A stretch of DNA of 36,623 nucleotides, taken from an uncultured archaeon (GTDB taxonomy: Archaea > Aenigmatarchaeota > Aenigmatarchaeia > QMZP01). Each line of letters opens with the position of its first letter. Positions within the stretch are counted from its first letter, which is position 1. The stretch lies in assembly GCA_964399875.1 (NCBI GenBank), contig CAYNRQ010000003.1:1-36623 (forward strand), read 5' to 3'. A model generated the notes under the pieces. It saw nothing but the letters and a program-made list of their open reading frames with translations, made no database searches and was not told where the DNA came from. The position numbers and the translations under genes were made by a program. Below are positions 25,985-33,791 of this stretch, piece by piece.

Positions 25985-26015
25985 AATTATTAATTATGGA
26001 TGCATATATTAAAAT
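25985..26015. promoter_or_regulatory. 31-bp AT-rich divergent intergenic region (candidate bidirectional promoter, both genes leaderless)
   Basis: The sequence is AATTATTAATTATGGATGCATATATTAAAAT. AT boxes lie ~26 nt upstream of each of the two divergent ATGs (25984 and 26016). Confidence 0.3.
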
Positions 26016-26525
26016 ATGAAAAAATCCGTGAAAGGGCAGATGATATTTGAATTCATTGTTGCTGCTGTTCTTTTCATTGGCATTATTATTTATGTGATTA
26101 ACCACATGAGTTACAATGTTTCAGTTTTCAGCGAAGATTTTTATACAAATAAATTAGAAAACAAGGCCGCACAGATAGTTGAACTGCTTGTAAGGAATGA
26201 GGGAATGTGGTCTGGTGGGGAGCCACAGATCATTGGTCTTTCAGAGCAGTGGCCTGTTCTTAATTATTCAAAGATTATGATGCTGAAGGATTACTGCAGT
26301 AACCCTGAAAATTATGCAAGGCTTCTTAATGACTTCGGGTTGGAAAAAAGAATTTTTTCCATCACACCCGAATATCTTGAAATGAGGATTCTGGTAAGCG
26401 GTGATGCTGGTACTGTGTTGGATTGCAAAGCTGGGAGCTTGCCTGATAAACCCAAGGCGATTGCAAAAAGATATGCATTGAATGAGAGTGGAGAAATATT
26501 GACTGTTTCTGTGTGGCTTTGGTGA
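26016..26525 (+). CDS. class III signal peptide protein (archaeal type IV pilin-like)
   Basis: The N-terminus MKKSVKG|QMIFEFIVAAVLFIGIIIYVI has basic residues, a KG-Q prepilin-peptidase-type site, Glu at +5, then a hydrophobic helix (DUF361-like QxxxEF pattern). Confidence 0.6.
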   Translation: MKKSVKGQMIFEFIVAAVLFIGIIIYVINHMSYNVSVFSEDFYTNKLENKAAQIVELLVRNEGMWSGGEPQIIGLSEQWPVLNYSKIMMLKDYCSNPENYARLLNDFGLEKRIFSITPEYLEMRILVSGDAGTVLDCKAGSLPDKPKAIAKRYALNESGEILTVSVWLW

Positions 26526-27719
26526 TTACACCATCTTTATGCCTGTTATTTTAGAAGCTGTTTCGTTAAGGGATCTGAGGTCTTCTGGACTCAGGTTGTG
26601 GATGTTTCTGTTTCCTGTTGCTGCTGCTGCCATCTTGATTTCTTCTGTGCAGGATTTTATGTAGTTTGTTACCCTTTTTGTGTATTCGGGTATGTTAACC
26701 TTTTTTCTTAACTTTGGATCTTGTGTTGTTATTCCCTGTGGACATCTTCCCTTATAGCATTGTTGGCAGTATATGCACCCCATGGCTATAAGTAATGGAA
26801 ACCCCAAGAAGACAGCGTCTGCCCCCAAGGCCAGTGCCTTTGCCATGTCACCCCCTGTGTTAAATCCTCCCCCTACAAGGAGCTCTTGTTTTGCATGCAT
26901 CATATCCATGGTCTTTCTTGCTTTTGTGATTGCCGACAGGATCGGTATGCCGAACTCCTGCAGCATTATTTCCGGGGCTGCTCCTGTTCCACCAGCAATG
27001 CCATCTATTGCGATTGCATCTGGGTTTGCTTTTACAGCTATCCGCACATCCTTCTCAACATCACCAGCGCCCAGTTTTATTATTACGGGTTTTCCTCCTG
27101 TCAGTTTCTTTAGCCATGAAACCTTTTTCTTTAGGTCTGAAAGGTTATTTATATCTGGGTGTTTGGGTGGTGAGTGCAGATCCTCTTTTTTGGTTATCTT
27201 TCTTACTTTCATTATTTCATTTGTTACCTTTTCCTTTGGCAGCAAACCACCCTGGCCTGGTTTTGCTCCTTGGCCTATCTTTATCTCAACCGCGTCCCCC
27301 ATTTTCAGATAATCCTCATCGACGCCAAACCTTGCTGTTGAGTACTGGGATATTAGGATCTTGGCATATTTTCTTTCCTCCGGAAGCATACCGCCCTCTC
27401 CTGTGTTTGTTGCTGTGCCAGTGAGTGCGCTTGCTTTTGCTAACACAATCTTTGCCTCTTTGCTCAGGGCACCAAAGCTCATTGCTGCCACAAATATAGG
27501 CGTTTCTAATGTTATTGGCTTTTTGCTTGTCTTTCCTATAATGGTCTTTGTTTCTATCTTTTCCCTGTAATAATCAACAGGTGCTTTGCAGAGCTGGGCT
27601 GGAACAAAAACGAGATCATCAAAACATATTTTTTTTAGTTTTGTGCATCTTCCTCCAAGAACCGGTGCCTTATCACTCAGCGCCCTCTTTCTTATCTCAT
27701 TGACCAATTCATATTTCAT
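26526..27719 (-). CDS. FMN-binding glutamate synthase family protein (archaeal GltB domain-2 type)
   Basis: Start trimmed to MKYELVNEI (ATG 27717-27719). Motifs are GEGGMLPEE, IKIGQGAKPGQGG, DGIAGGTGAAP and the Cys cluster GCIYCQQCYKGRCP. The 88 upstream codons of the track ORF are low-complexity and overlap trkA. Confidence 0.8.
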   Translation of the reverse strand: MKYELVNEIRKRALSDKAPVLGGRCTKLKKICFDDLVFVPAQLCKAPVDYYREKIETKTIIGKTSKKPITLETPIFVAAMSFGALSKEAKIVLAKASALTGTATNTGEGGMLPEERKYAKILISQYSTARFGVDEDYLKMGDAVEIKIGQGAKPGQGGLLPKEKVTNEIMKVRKITKKEDLHSPPKHPDINNLSDLKKKVSWLKKLTGGKPVIIKLGAGDVEKDVRIAVKANPDAIAIDGIAGGTGAAPEIMLQEFGIPILSAITKARKTMDMMHAKQELLVGGGFNTGGDMAKALALGADAVFLGFPLLIAMGCIYCQQCYKGRCPQGITTQDPKLRKKVNIPEYTKRVTNYIKSCTEEIKMAAAATGNRNIHNLSPEDLRSLNETASKITGIKMV

Positions 27720-27769
27720 AATAAATATTATATAAAACAATAGATAAAAATAATATTGTTGGTGTTTTA

Positions 27770-28411
27770 ATGAGGATAATAATTGCCGGGGGTGGAAACA
27801 TAGGAGAAAAGTTAGCAGAGCTTTGTTCAAAAGAAAAGCATGATGTTGTTGTGATAGAAAAAGAGGAGAAGATCGCTGAGAAGTTAAGTGAAAGCATTGA
27901 CGCGCTTGTTCTTTGCGGCGATGCGTCTGATAGAAAGATCTTGAAAGATGCTGATATTGAACACTCTGATGCCATTGTTGCAATGACTGGGGATGATAAA
28001 ACCAATCTTATGGTTTGCGAGGTTGCTAAATCATATAATATTCCTATAGTTGTGGCAAGGGTGAATGACACAGAGAGTGAATCTGTTTTCATGAAGCTTG
28101 GGATAACAGCTGCTATAAACACAACAACGTCTGTTATATTTGCATTCAAGAAGGCATTGGAAAAGCCGGGTGAAAAGATAATAAGTTTGGTTGCCGGCGA
28201 AAAGGCAGAGATATTGGATAAAGTCGTTTCAAAGAAATCTGTTATTACAGGAAAAAAGGTAGAGGATATTTCTAATAAATTTATCGTAGCGGCTATTTAC
28301 AGAAACGGGGAGTTTATGAGACCAAAAAACAACACCCAGATAAGGGAAGGGGATATACTTACTATTTGCGTGCCTGTTGAGGATGTTAAGGGTGTTGAAA
28401 AACTATTTTAG
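27770..28411 (+). CDS. trkA: TrkA-type K+ transport regulatory protein (RCK: TrkA-N + TrkA-C)
   Basis: Has IIAGGGNIG Rossmann, LCGDASD, the DAIVAMTGDDKTN motif and a C-terminal TrkA-C segment (REGDILTI). Confidence 0.8.
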   Translation: MRIIIAGGGNIGEKLAELCSKEKHDVVVIEKEEKIAEKLSESIDALVLCGDASDRKILKDADIEHSDAIVAMTGDDKTNLMVCEVAKSYNIPIVVARVNDTESESVFMKLGITAAINTTTSVIFAFKKALEKPGEKIISLVAGEKAEILDKVVSKKSVITGKKVEDISNKFIVAAIYRNGEFMRPKNNTQIREGDILTICVPVEDVKGVEKLF

Positions 28412-29730
28412 AGCTTTTTCAGAAATTTCTCTATTATCTCTTTTATTGTTGGTTTGCCTGTCGTGTGAATATCATAGGTTACATTTGTGAATGGTTTGTT
28501 TATTTTGAGATATCGCCCTAAATCGACTGGTGTTCCTATTATAACAGAATCGCATGGTGTTTTGTTTATGGTCTTTTCTAATTCCTTTCTCTGTTTTTTT
28601 CCATAACCCATTGCGGGCAGAACCTTTTCAAGATGTTTGTATTTCCTGAATGTTTCCTTTATTGTGCCCACTGCATAGCGTCTGGGGTCCACAATCTTCT
28701 TTGCACCATACTTCATTGCAGCCAGATAACCAGCGCCTATGCTCAGTCCTCCGTGTGTCAGGGTTGGTCCATCTTCAATAACAAGGACATTTTTGTTTTT
28801 TATAAGCCCCGGGTTGTCTGCTGTTTTTGTCATGTTTGCTTTTACTAAAAGGGCCTTTGGGTTTAGTTTTTTCACGTTTCTCTCCACTGTCTTTATATCT
28901 TGCCTGTTTGCGGTTTTTGTTTTGTTTATTATTACAACGTCTGCCATTCTTATGTTTACAGAACCATGGTAGTAGGATGCTTCGTGTCCTGGCCTTCTGG
29001 CATCCGCAATTGTTATGTGAAGATCCGGTTTGTAAAAAGGGAAGTCGTTGTTGCCCCCATCCCACAATATTATATCTGCCTCCTTTTCTGCTTCATGCAG
29101 AATTTTTTCATAATCAACCCCAGCGTAGACCACAATCCCATTCTCTATGTTGCCCTCGTATTCTTCCCTCTCCTCTATAGTGCATTTATGCCTGTCTAAA
29201 TCCTCATGGCTTGCAAATCTCTGGGATGCCTGCTTTTTAAGATTGCCGTATGGCATTGGATGGCGTATGACAACAACTTTTTTTCCTGACTCTTTCAGGA
29301 TCCCGGATATCTTTCTTGTTGTTGGGCTCTTTCCTGACCCTGTGCGCACAGCACACACTGAGATAACAGGCTTAGTGGATTTCAGCATGGTTGATTCAGG
29401 TCCCAGGAGCGTGAAATCTGCTCCGCAGGAGCTTACCAGTGCAGCTCTTTCCATTATGTATTGGTTGTTAACATCTGAATACGCAAAAACAACCTCGTCC
29501 ACATTGTGTTTCTTTATCAGCTCTGGTAGTTTTGATTCCGGATAAACAGGTATTCCCTTTGGATAGAATACGCCAGCAAGCTCTTTTGGGTATTTCCTTC
29601 CTGCTATTCCTGGTATCTGTGCAGCTGTGAAACAAACAATCCTGTAGTACGGGCTGTTGCGGAAAAATGTGTTAAAATTATGAAAATCCCTGCCCGCTGC
29701 TCCTAAAATTATAATCTTTCTCTGCTTCAT
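28408..29730 (-). CDS. COG2403-type P-loop GTPase-like protein (family often annotated cyclic 2,3-diphosphoglycerate synthetase)
   Basis: 440-aa ORF with N-terminal IILGAAGRDFHNFN and Walker A RTGSGKSPT. The function of the family is not settled. Confidence 0.5.
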   Translation of the reverse strand: MKQRKIIILGAAGRDFHNFNTFFRNSPYYRIVCFTAAQIPGIAGRKYPKELAGVFYPKGIPVYPESKLPELIKKHNVDEVVFAYSDVNNQYIMERAALVSSCGADFTLLGPESTMLKSTKPVISVCAVRTGSGKSPTTRKISGILKESGKKVVVIRHPMPYGNLKKQASQRFASHEDLDRHKCTIEEREEYEGNIENGIVVYAGVDYEKILHEAEKEADIILWDGGNNDFPFYKPDLHITIADARRPGHEASYYHGSVNIRMADVVIINKTKTANRQDIKTVERNVKKLNPKALLVKANMTKTADNPGLIKNKNVLVIEDGPTLTHGGLSIGAGYLAAMKYGAKKIVDPRRYAVGTIKETFRKYKHLEKVLPAMGYGKKQRKELEKTINKTPCDSVIIGTPVDLGRYLKINKPFTNVTYDIHTTGKPTIKEIIEKFLKKL

Positions 29731-29781
29731 TTAATCATGTAGGTGTGGTTCTCTGTTACTTGAAAGCGAATGTTTCCTTGT

Positions 29782-30621
29782 TCAACATAGTTTTTTCCAT
29801 GCGTTTGGTATTTCATTTAAGAGGTCTGATGCTGTCATGGACATGCCGAGTTTTTTTGCTGCAAGGTCACCTGACAACCCATTTACACACGCTGCTATGC
29901 ACGCAGCATTTAAAGTATCTGCGCCTTTTGCAAGCATTGCACCGCATATGCCTGTTATGGTATCTCCGGTTCCACCTACTGTCATATACGGGTTGCCTGT
30001 TTCATTTGTTTCCACAACAACACCATCGGATATTATATCTATATGGCCTTTGAGGAGTATGGTTGCTTTTAGTTCGCTTGCGGTGGTTTTTACCTGCTGC
30101 TTTCTTTCTTCTATATTGTGGGCTGGTTTTTTGTTGGTTAATATAAAGAATTCCTGTGAGTGGGGTGTCAGAATAAATTGTTTTTTCAAAACACCGGGTT
30201 TTTTTGCAACAGCGTGTATTGCGTCCGCATCCACCACACATGGTTTATTTAGCTTTTCCAGGAACATCGCAACAAGCTTGAATGTGCCTGGGTTCCTTCC
30301 AAGACCCCCGCCAACAACCACAGCATCAGACCACTCTGACAGCTCCAGGAGTGTCTTAAGATGGCATGTTTTTACAAAATCCCCTTTAAGAGGCTCTGTT
30401 ATTATGTCGGGAGAAAAAGAGGCCATGATGTTTGCGGGCCTTTCTGGCGCAGCTATTGTTACCAGATCACTGCCTGATTTCAGGGCAGCAATGGCTGAGA
30501 AGGCTGGGGAGCCAGAATATCTTTTATTTCCCCCTATAACAAGGAGTTTGCCGAAATCTCCCTTATGCCCCCATGCCTGCCTTTTTGGAAAAAGTTTTTT
30601 TATAATTTTTTTATTTATCAT
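29782..30621 (-). CDS. nnrD: ADP-dependent NAD(P)H-hydrate dehydratase (YjeF C-terminal / carbohydrate kinase family)
   Basis: Has HKGDFGKLLVIGG, YSGSPAFSAIAALKSGSDLVT, VVDADA and GGTGDTITGICGAMLAKG. Confidence 0.85.
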   Translation of the reverse strand: MINKKIIKKLFPKRQAWGHKGDFGKLLVIGGNKRYSGSPAFSAIAALKSGSDLVTIAAPERPANIMASFSPDIITEPLKGDFVKTCHLKTLLELSEWSDAVVVGGGLGRNPGTFKLVAMFLEKLNKPCVVDADAIHAVAKKPGVLKKQFILTPHSQEFFILTNKKPAHNIEERKQQVKTTASELKATILLKGHIDIISDGVVVETNETGNPYMTVGGTGDTITGICGAMLAKGADTLNAACIAACVNGLSGDLAAKKLGMSMTASDLLNEIPNAWKKLC

Positions 30622-30622
30622 A

Positions 30623-32092
30623 TTAATCCCTTACATCTATCTGGGCTTTTTGCAGCCTGCCTGAATAGTCAACATAGACTGTTTTTGTGTGAGAAAACTC
30701 ATTAATTCCTTCTATTCCTGCTTCACGCGTATGGCCTGTGCCCTTAACACCGCCAAAGGGGAGATGGGCTTCAGAACCTATGGTGCTTGAGTTTATGTAG
30801 GTAAGGCCTGCTTCTATCTGCTCTATGGCAAGGAAAGCTGATCTCATGTTTTCTGTGTATATAGCTGAGCTGAGGCCATATTCTATGGAATTCATCACGT
30901 CTATGGCCTGGTTCAGGTTCTTGACTGATATTATGGATATGCTTGGTCCGAAGATCTCTTCCTGTGCGATTCTCATGTCTTTTGTTACATTGGTGAAAAG
31001 GGTTGGTTTATAAAAAAAGCCTTTGCCATCCACGTTTGTGGGGTGGCCTCCTACGAGGAGTTTAGCTCCTTCCTTAAGACCCAGTTGGGTGTATTTGTGG
31101 GTTTTATCAACAGCTGCTTTGTTGATTAAAGGGCCTACATCCACTTTTGGGTCAAGTCCGTAACCAAGCCTTAGTTTCTTTATCCTGTTTACAAGAAGGG
31201 TTTCAACCCTGGTTTTTATTTTTTCGTGGACAATCACTCTGGATGTTGCTGTGCATCTCTGGCCTGTTGTTCCGTAGCCTCCCCATATAATACCGTCCAC
31301 TGCCAGGTCTAGCTTGGCATCGTCCATAACTATTATTCCGTTTTTTCCTCCCAGCTCAAGGCCTAGCTTTTTCAGGCCCGCGTCTCTGATTATTGTTTCT
31401 CCTGTCTCCTTTGAGCCGGTAAAGGACACCCCCCTGATTTTTTTGTTTGTGACTATTGGCATCCCTACATCCCGGCCTGATCCTGTTACCATGTTTATGA
31501 CTCCTTTGGGGATACCTGCCTTTTCTATGATCCTGACCAGCTCTGTGGCACAAAGTGGCGTATCTGATGCTGGCTTGAAAACTATTGTGTTGCCGCACAT
31601 CAAACATGGCATGATCTTCCAAGCAGGTATTGCTGTGGGGAAGTTCCATGGTGTTATCAAACCAAAAACACCAACAGGTATTCTTATTGTCATGGCGAAT
31701 TTGTCCTGCAACTCTGACGGTGTTGTGTGGCCGAATAACCTGCGGCCTTCACCGGCCATGTACTCTGTTATGTCTATGGCCTCTTGGACATCTCCCCTGG
31801 CCTCGGAAATAACCTTCCCCATCTCCTTGGTGACCAGCCTGGCCAGTCTTTCCTTGTTTTTCCGCAAAAGCTGTGCTATGTTGTAGAGTATGCGGCCTCT
31901 TTTTGGGGGAGGGACTTCCCGCCATTTTTCATAGGCCTTCTCAGCCGCGTCCACGGCCTTTTTAACGTCCTCTTTGTTTCCGGCTTGGAATTTTCCTATG
32001 GGGGCTTCTGTTGCCGGGTTTGCAGAAGTAAAGGTCTGGCCTGACTCTGAATTTATCCATTTGCCGTTTATTAGTATTTTGTGGGTGGTCAT
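30623..32092 (-). CDS. NAD(P)+-dependent aldehyde dehydrogenase
   Basis: Start set at ATG 32090-32092 (MTTHKILINGKW); the track start is a TTG. Has the catalytic motifs LELGGKN and GQRCTATSR, and EEIFGP. Confidence 0.85.
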   Translation of the reverse strand: MTTHKILINGKWINSESGQTFTSANPATEAPIGKFQAGNKEDVKKAVDAAEKAYEKWREVPPPKRGRILYNIAQLLRKNKERLARLVTKEMGKVISEARGDVQEAIDITEYMAGEGRRLFGHTTPSELQDKFAMTIRIPVGVFGLITPWNFPTAIPAWKIMPCLMCGNTIVFKPASDTPLCATELVRIIEKAGIPKGVINMVTGSGRDVGMPIVTNKKIRGVSFTGSKETGETIIRDAGLKKLGLELGGKNGIIVMDDAKLDLAVDGIIWGGYGTTGQRCTATSRVIVHEKIKTRVETLLVNRIKKLRLGYGLDPKVDVGPLINKAAVDKTHKYTQLGLKEGAKLLVGGHPTNVDGKGFFYKPTLFTNVTKDMRIAQEEIFGPSISIISVKNLNQAIDVMNSIEYGLSSAIYTENMRSAFLAIEQIEAGLTYINSSTIGSEAHLPFGGVKGTGHTREAGIEGINEFSHTKTVYVDYSGRLQKAQIDVRD

Positions 32093-32260
32093 GTGTGAAC
32101 TACCCAACCCCTAAAGGGTGTGGGCTTCCTGCATCACAGACCAGAGCTTGCCTCCTCGGTATTGGCTCAATCTCAGACAGGCTTGACTTCCCGCAATCCC
32201 TGCGGTAGTTCTCCAAGCCCGAAGCAAGTATATTCAGGCTTGCGTTATAATCCCTGCCAA
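32093..32260 (-). ncRNA. expected omega/right-end RNA scaffold of TnpB (position inferred, not demonstrated)
   Basis: Established knowledge says TnpB guide RNAs are transcribed from the 3' end of tnpB through the right end. Here the right-end bulged hairpin is at 32103-32124. The extent is a guess. Confidence 0.3.
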
Positions 32261-33293
32261 GAACAACCTTGCAGTAGGGACATCTGTGTATTCTAACAGC
32301 AAGACTTTTCCTGACAATCCCCCCGCACTGCGAACATTTTTGGGAGGTGTTTCTTGGCTTGACCTTCACCACTATCTTACCAGCGTTCCCAGCTTTGTAA
32401 GACAGGAATTGTATGAATTTCTGCCAAGAAGCATCCATAATTGACTGTGCCAAATAATGGTTTCTGACCATATTGGATATCCTCAAATCCTCAACAGCTA
32501 TGAAATCATAGGCTCTGACATAGGCACAGGATAATTTATGCAGAAAGTCATCCCTCTGATTGGTTATTCTCTCATATACCCTTGCTATCCTAATTCTGTG
32601 TTTTTCTCTATTATTGGATTTCTTCTCGGTTCTTGAGAACCTTTGCTGTTCCCTTCGCAGTTTCTTCAGGGATTTCCTCAAATACTGGGGACTACATGTG
32701 TATCGGTTGTCGCTGTCAGTAACTATATTTGTCAATCCCAAATCTATGCCTACTGCCCTCTTTATTTTGTGTATTTTGACAACCCTTTTCTGTTCAACTG
32801 ATAACATAGCATACCATTTGCCTGATTTATACCGCTTTATGGTTATCTGTTTTATTAGCCCTCTGAATGACCTGTGCATCCTTATCGGTATATCACCAAT
32901 CTTGGATAAGCACAGGGTTTGACAGCGTTTCCCTGTTATTTCAATCCTGAACCCAGACTGGTTATAGGTGAAGGTCTTGAACCAAGCCCTGCCTTTGAAC
33001 CTAAGCCTGCCCACCTTCTTGCCTTTTTTCTTTAGCTGTGCCAAAGCCCTCAGATTAGAAAACAATCTGTATGGCTCATATTGCAGGATTTTTGAATAGA
33101 CATCCTTTAGCTCTGGATACTGCTCTTTGAGTTTTGGTAACATAGCCTGAAGCTCCAATCTATTTGGCTTGTTTTGATTATTCAGGGCTTCAAGCATATC
33201 GTTATAGACCAGCCTGCACTTCTCCAGAGTCCAGAGCAGTTTCTGCTCTGTTTTTCTGCTCGGATACAATCTAAATTTATGGGTTATTTGCAT
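32100..33293 (-). CDS. tnpB: TnpB (OrfB) RNA-guided nuclease of an IS200/IS605 element
   Basis: Start at MQITHKFRLYP (ATG 33291-33293, overlapping the tnpA stop as TAATG). RuvC motifs are GIDLGLTN, IAVEDL and RDYNASLNI. The zinc finger is CSQCG...CPYC. Confidence 0.9.
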   Translation of the reverse strand: MQITHKFRLYPSRKTEQKLLWTLEKCRLVYNDMLEALNNQNKPNRLELQAMLPKLKEQYPELKDVYSKILQYEPYRLFSNLRALAQLKKKGKKVGRLRFKGRAWFKTFTYNQSGFRIEITGKRCQTLCLSKIGDIPIRMHRSFRGLIKQITIKRYKSGKWYAMLSVEQKRVVKIHKIKRAVGIDLGLTNIVTDSDNRYTCSPQYLRKSLKKLRREQQRFSRTEKKSNNREKHRIRIARVYERITNQRDDFLHKLSCAYVRAYDFIAVEDLRISNMVRNHYLAQSIMDASWQKFIQFLSYKAGNAGKIVVKVKPRNTSQKCSQCGGIVRKSLAVRIHRCPYCKVVLGRDYNASLNILASGLENYRRDCGKSSLSEIEPIPRRQALVCDAGSPHPLGVG

Positions 33294-33691
33294 TATATCC
33301 CCTTCTGCTCCTCTATATATTTTTGTATCAACTTGTCCGATACATGACCATGCGTAGATACAAAGTAACTGCGAGTCCATAGCGTTGGAATCTTTGTTCT
33401 AAGTTCCTTGAACTCCTTACGTAGTATCCTTGATGTGTATCCCTTGATTTGACCTATTATCGTGTTTGGCGATAATTTTGGGTAGCCCTGAATGAACAGG
33501 TGCGTATGGTCTGGCATTATTTCCAATGCCAAGACCTTGCATCCCAAATCCTTTGCCTTCTTTCTAATCAGTTCACTCATACGCTTCTTTATATCACCGA
33601 CCAATACCTTTCTGCGATATTTAGGACACCACACAAAGTGGTATCCTATGAAGTGAACGCTTGTCTGTGAAGCTATATATCCTTTTGGCAT
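33293..33691 (-). CDS. tnpA: IS200/IS605-family Y1 transposase TnpA
   Basis: 132 aa with YHFVWCPKYRRKVL, HuH motif DHTHLFI and the catalytic Tyr context WTRSYFVST. Confidence 0.9.
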   Translation of the reverse strand: MPKGYIASQTSVHFIGYHFVWCPKYRRKVLVGDIKKRMSELIRKKAKDLGCKVLALEIMPDHTHLFIQGYPKLSPNTIIGQIKGYTSRILRKEFKELRTKIPTLWTRSYFVSTHGHVSDKLIQKYIEEQKGI

Positions 33692-33791
33692 ATATTATTA
33701 TATGTATTGCTTATATATAAGCTTTTGCTTTACTGCTCGCTTTCATCCCACTCCTAAAGGATGTGGGATTTCCCGCTCGCATGTGTTAAGT

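Larger units (their letters stand above)
32093..33788 (-). mobile_element. IS200/IS605-family insertion sequence (tnpA + tnpB) with bulged subterminal hairpins
   Basis: Same-strand imperfect hairpins lie at 33745-33769 (ATCCCAC TCC-taaa-GGA t GTGGGAT) and 32103-32124 (CCCA ACCC-ctaaa-GGGT g TGGG). Both carry the shared motif CTAAAGG(A/G)TGTGGG. Termini are inferred by analogy to IS608 geometry. Confidence 0.75.

Noticed and set aside
26773-27424. Several 160-180-aa plus-strand ORFs antisense to the GltB-like gene
   Set aside because: They are Pro/Ser/Leu-rich shadow ORFs, and the minus strand has clear FMN-domain glutamate synthase motifs.
27720-27983. 88-codon N-terminal extension of the GltB-like ORF (and the antisense ORF 27709..28149), which overlap trkA
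   Set aside because: The extension is Gln/His/Leu-rich low complexity and overlaps the well-supported trkA gene and the divergent promoter. Homology starts at MKYELVNEI (ATG 27717-27719).
29837-30664. 275-aa ORF on the plus strand covering the whole NnrD gene
   Set aside because: The minus strand encodes unmistakable YjeF-C/NnrD motifs (HKGDFG, GGTGDT). The plus-strand ORF is the usual open antisense frame of a GC-richer gene.
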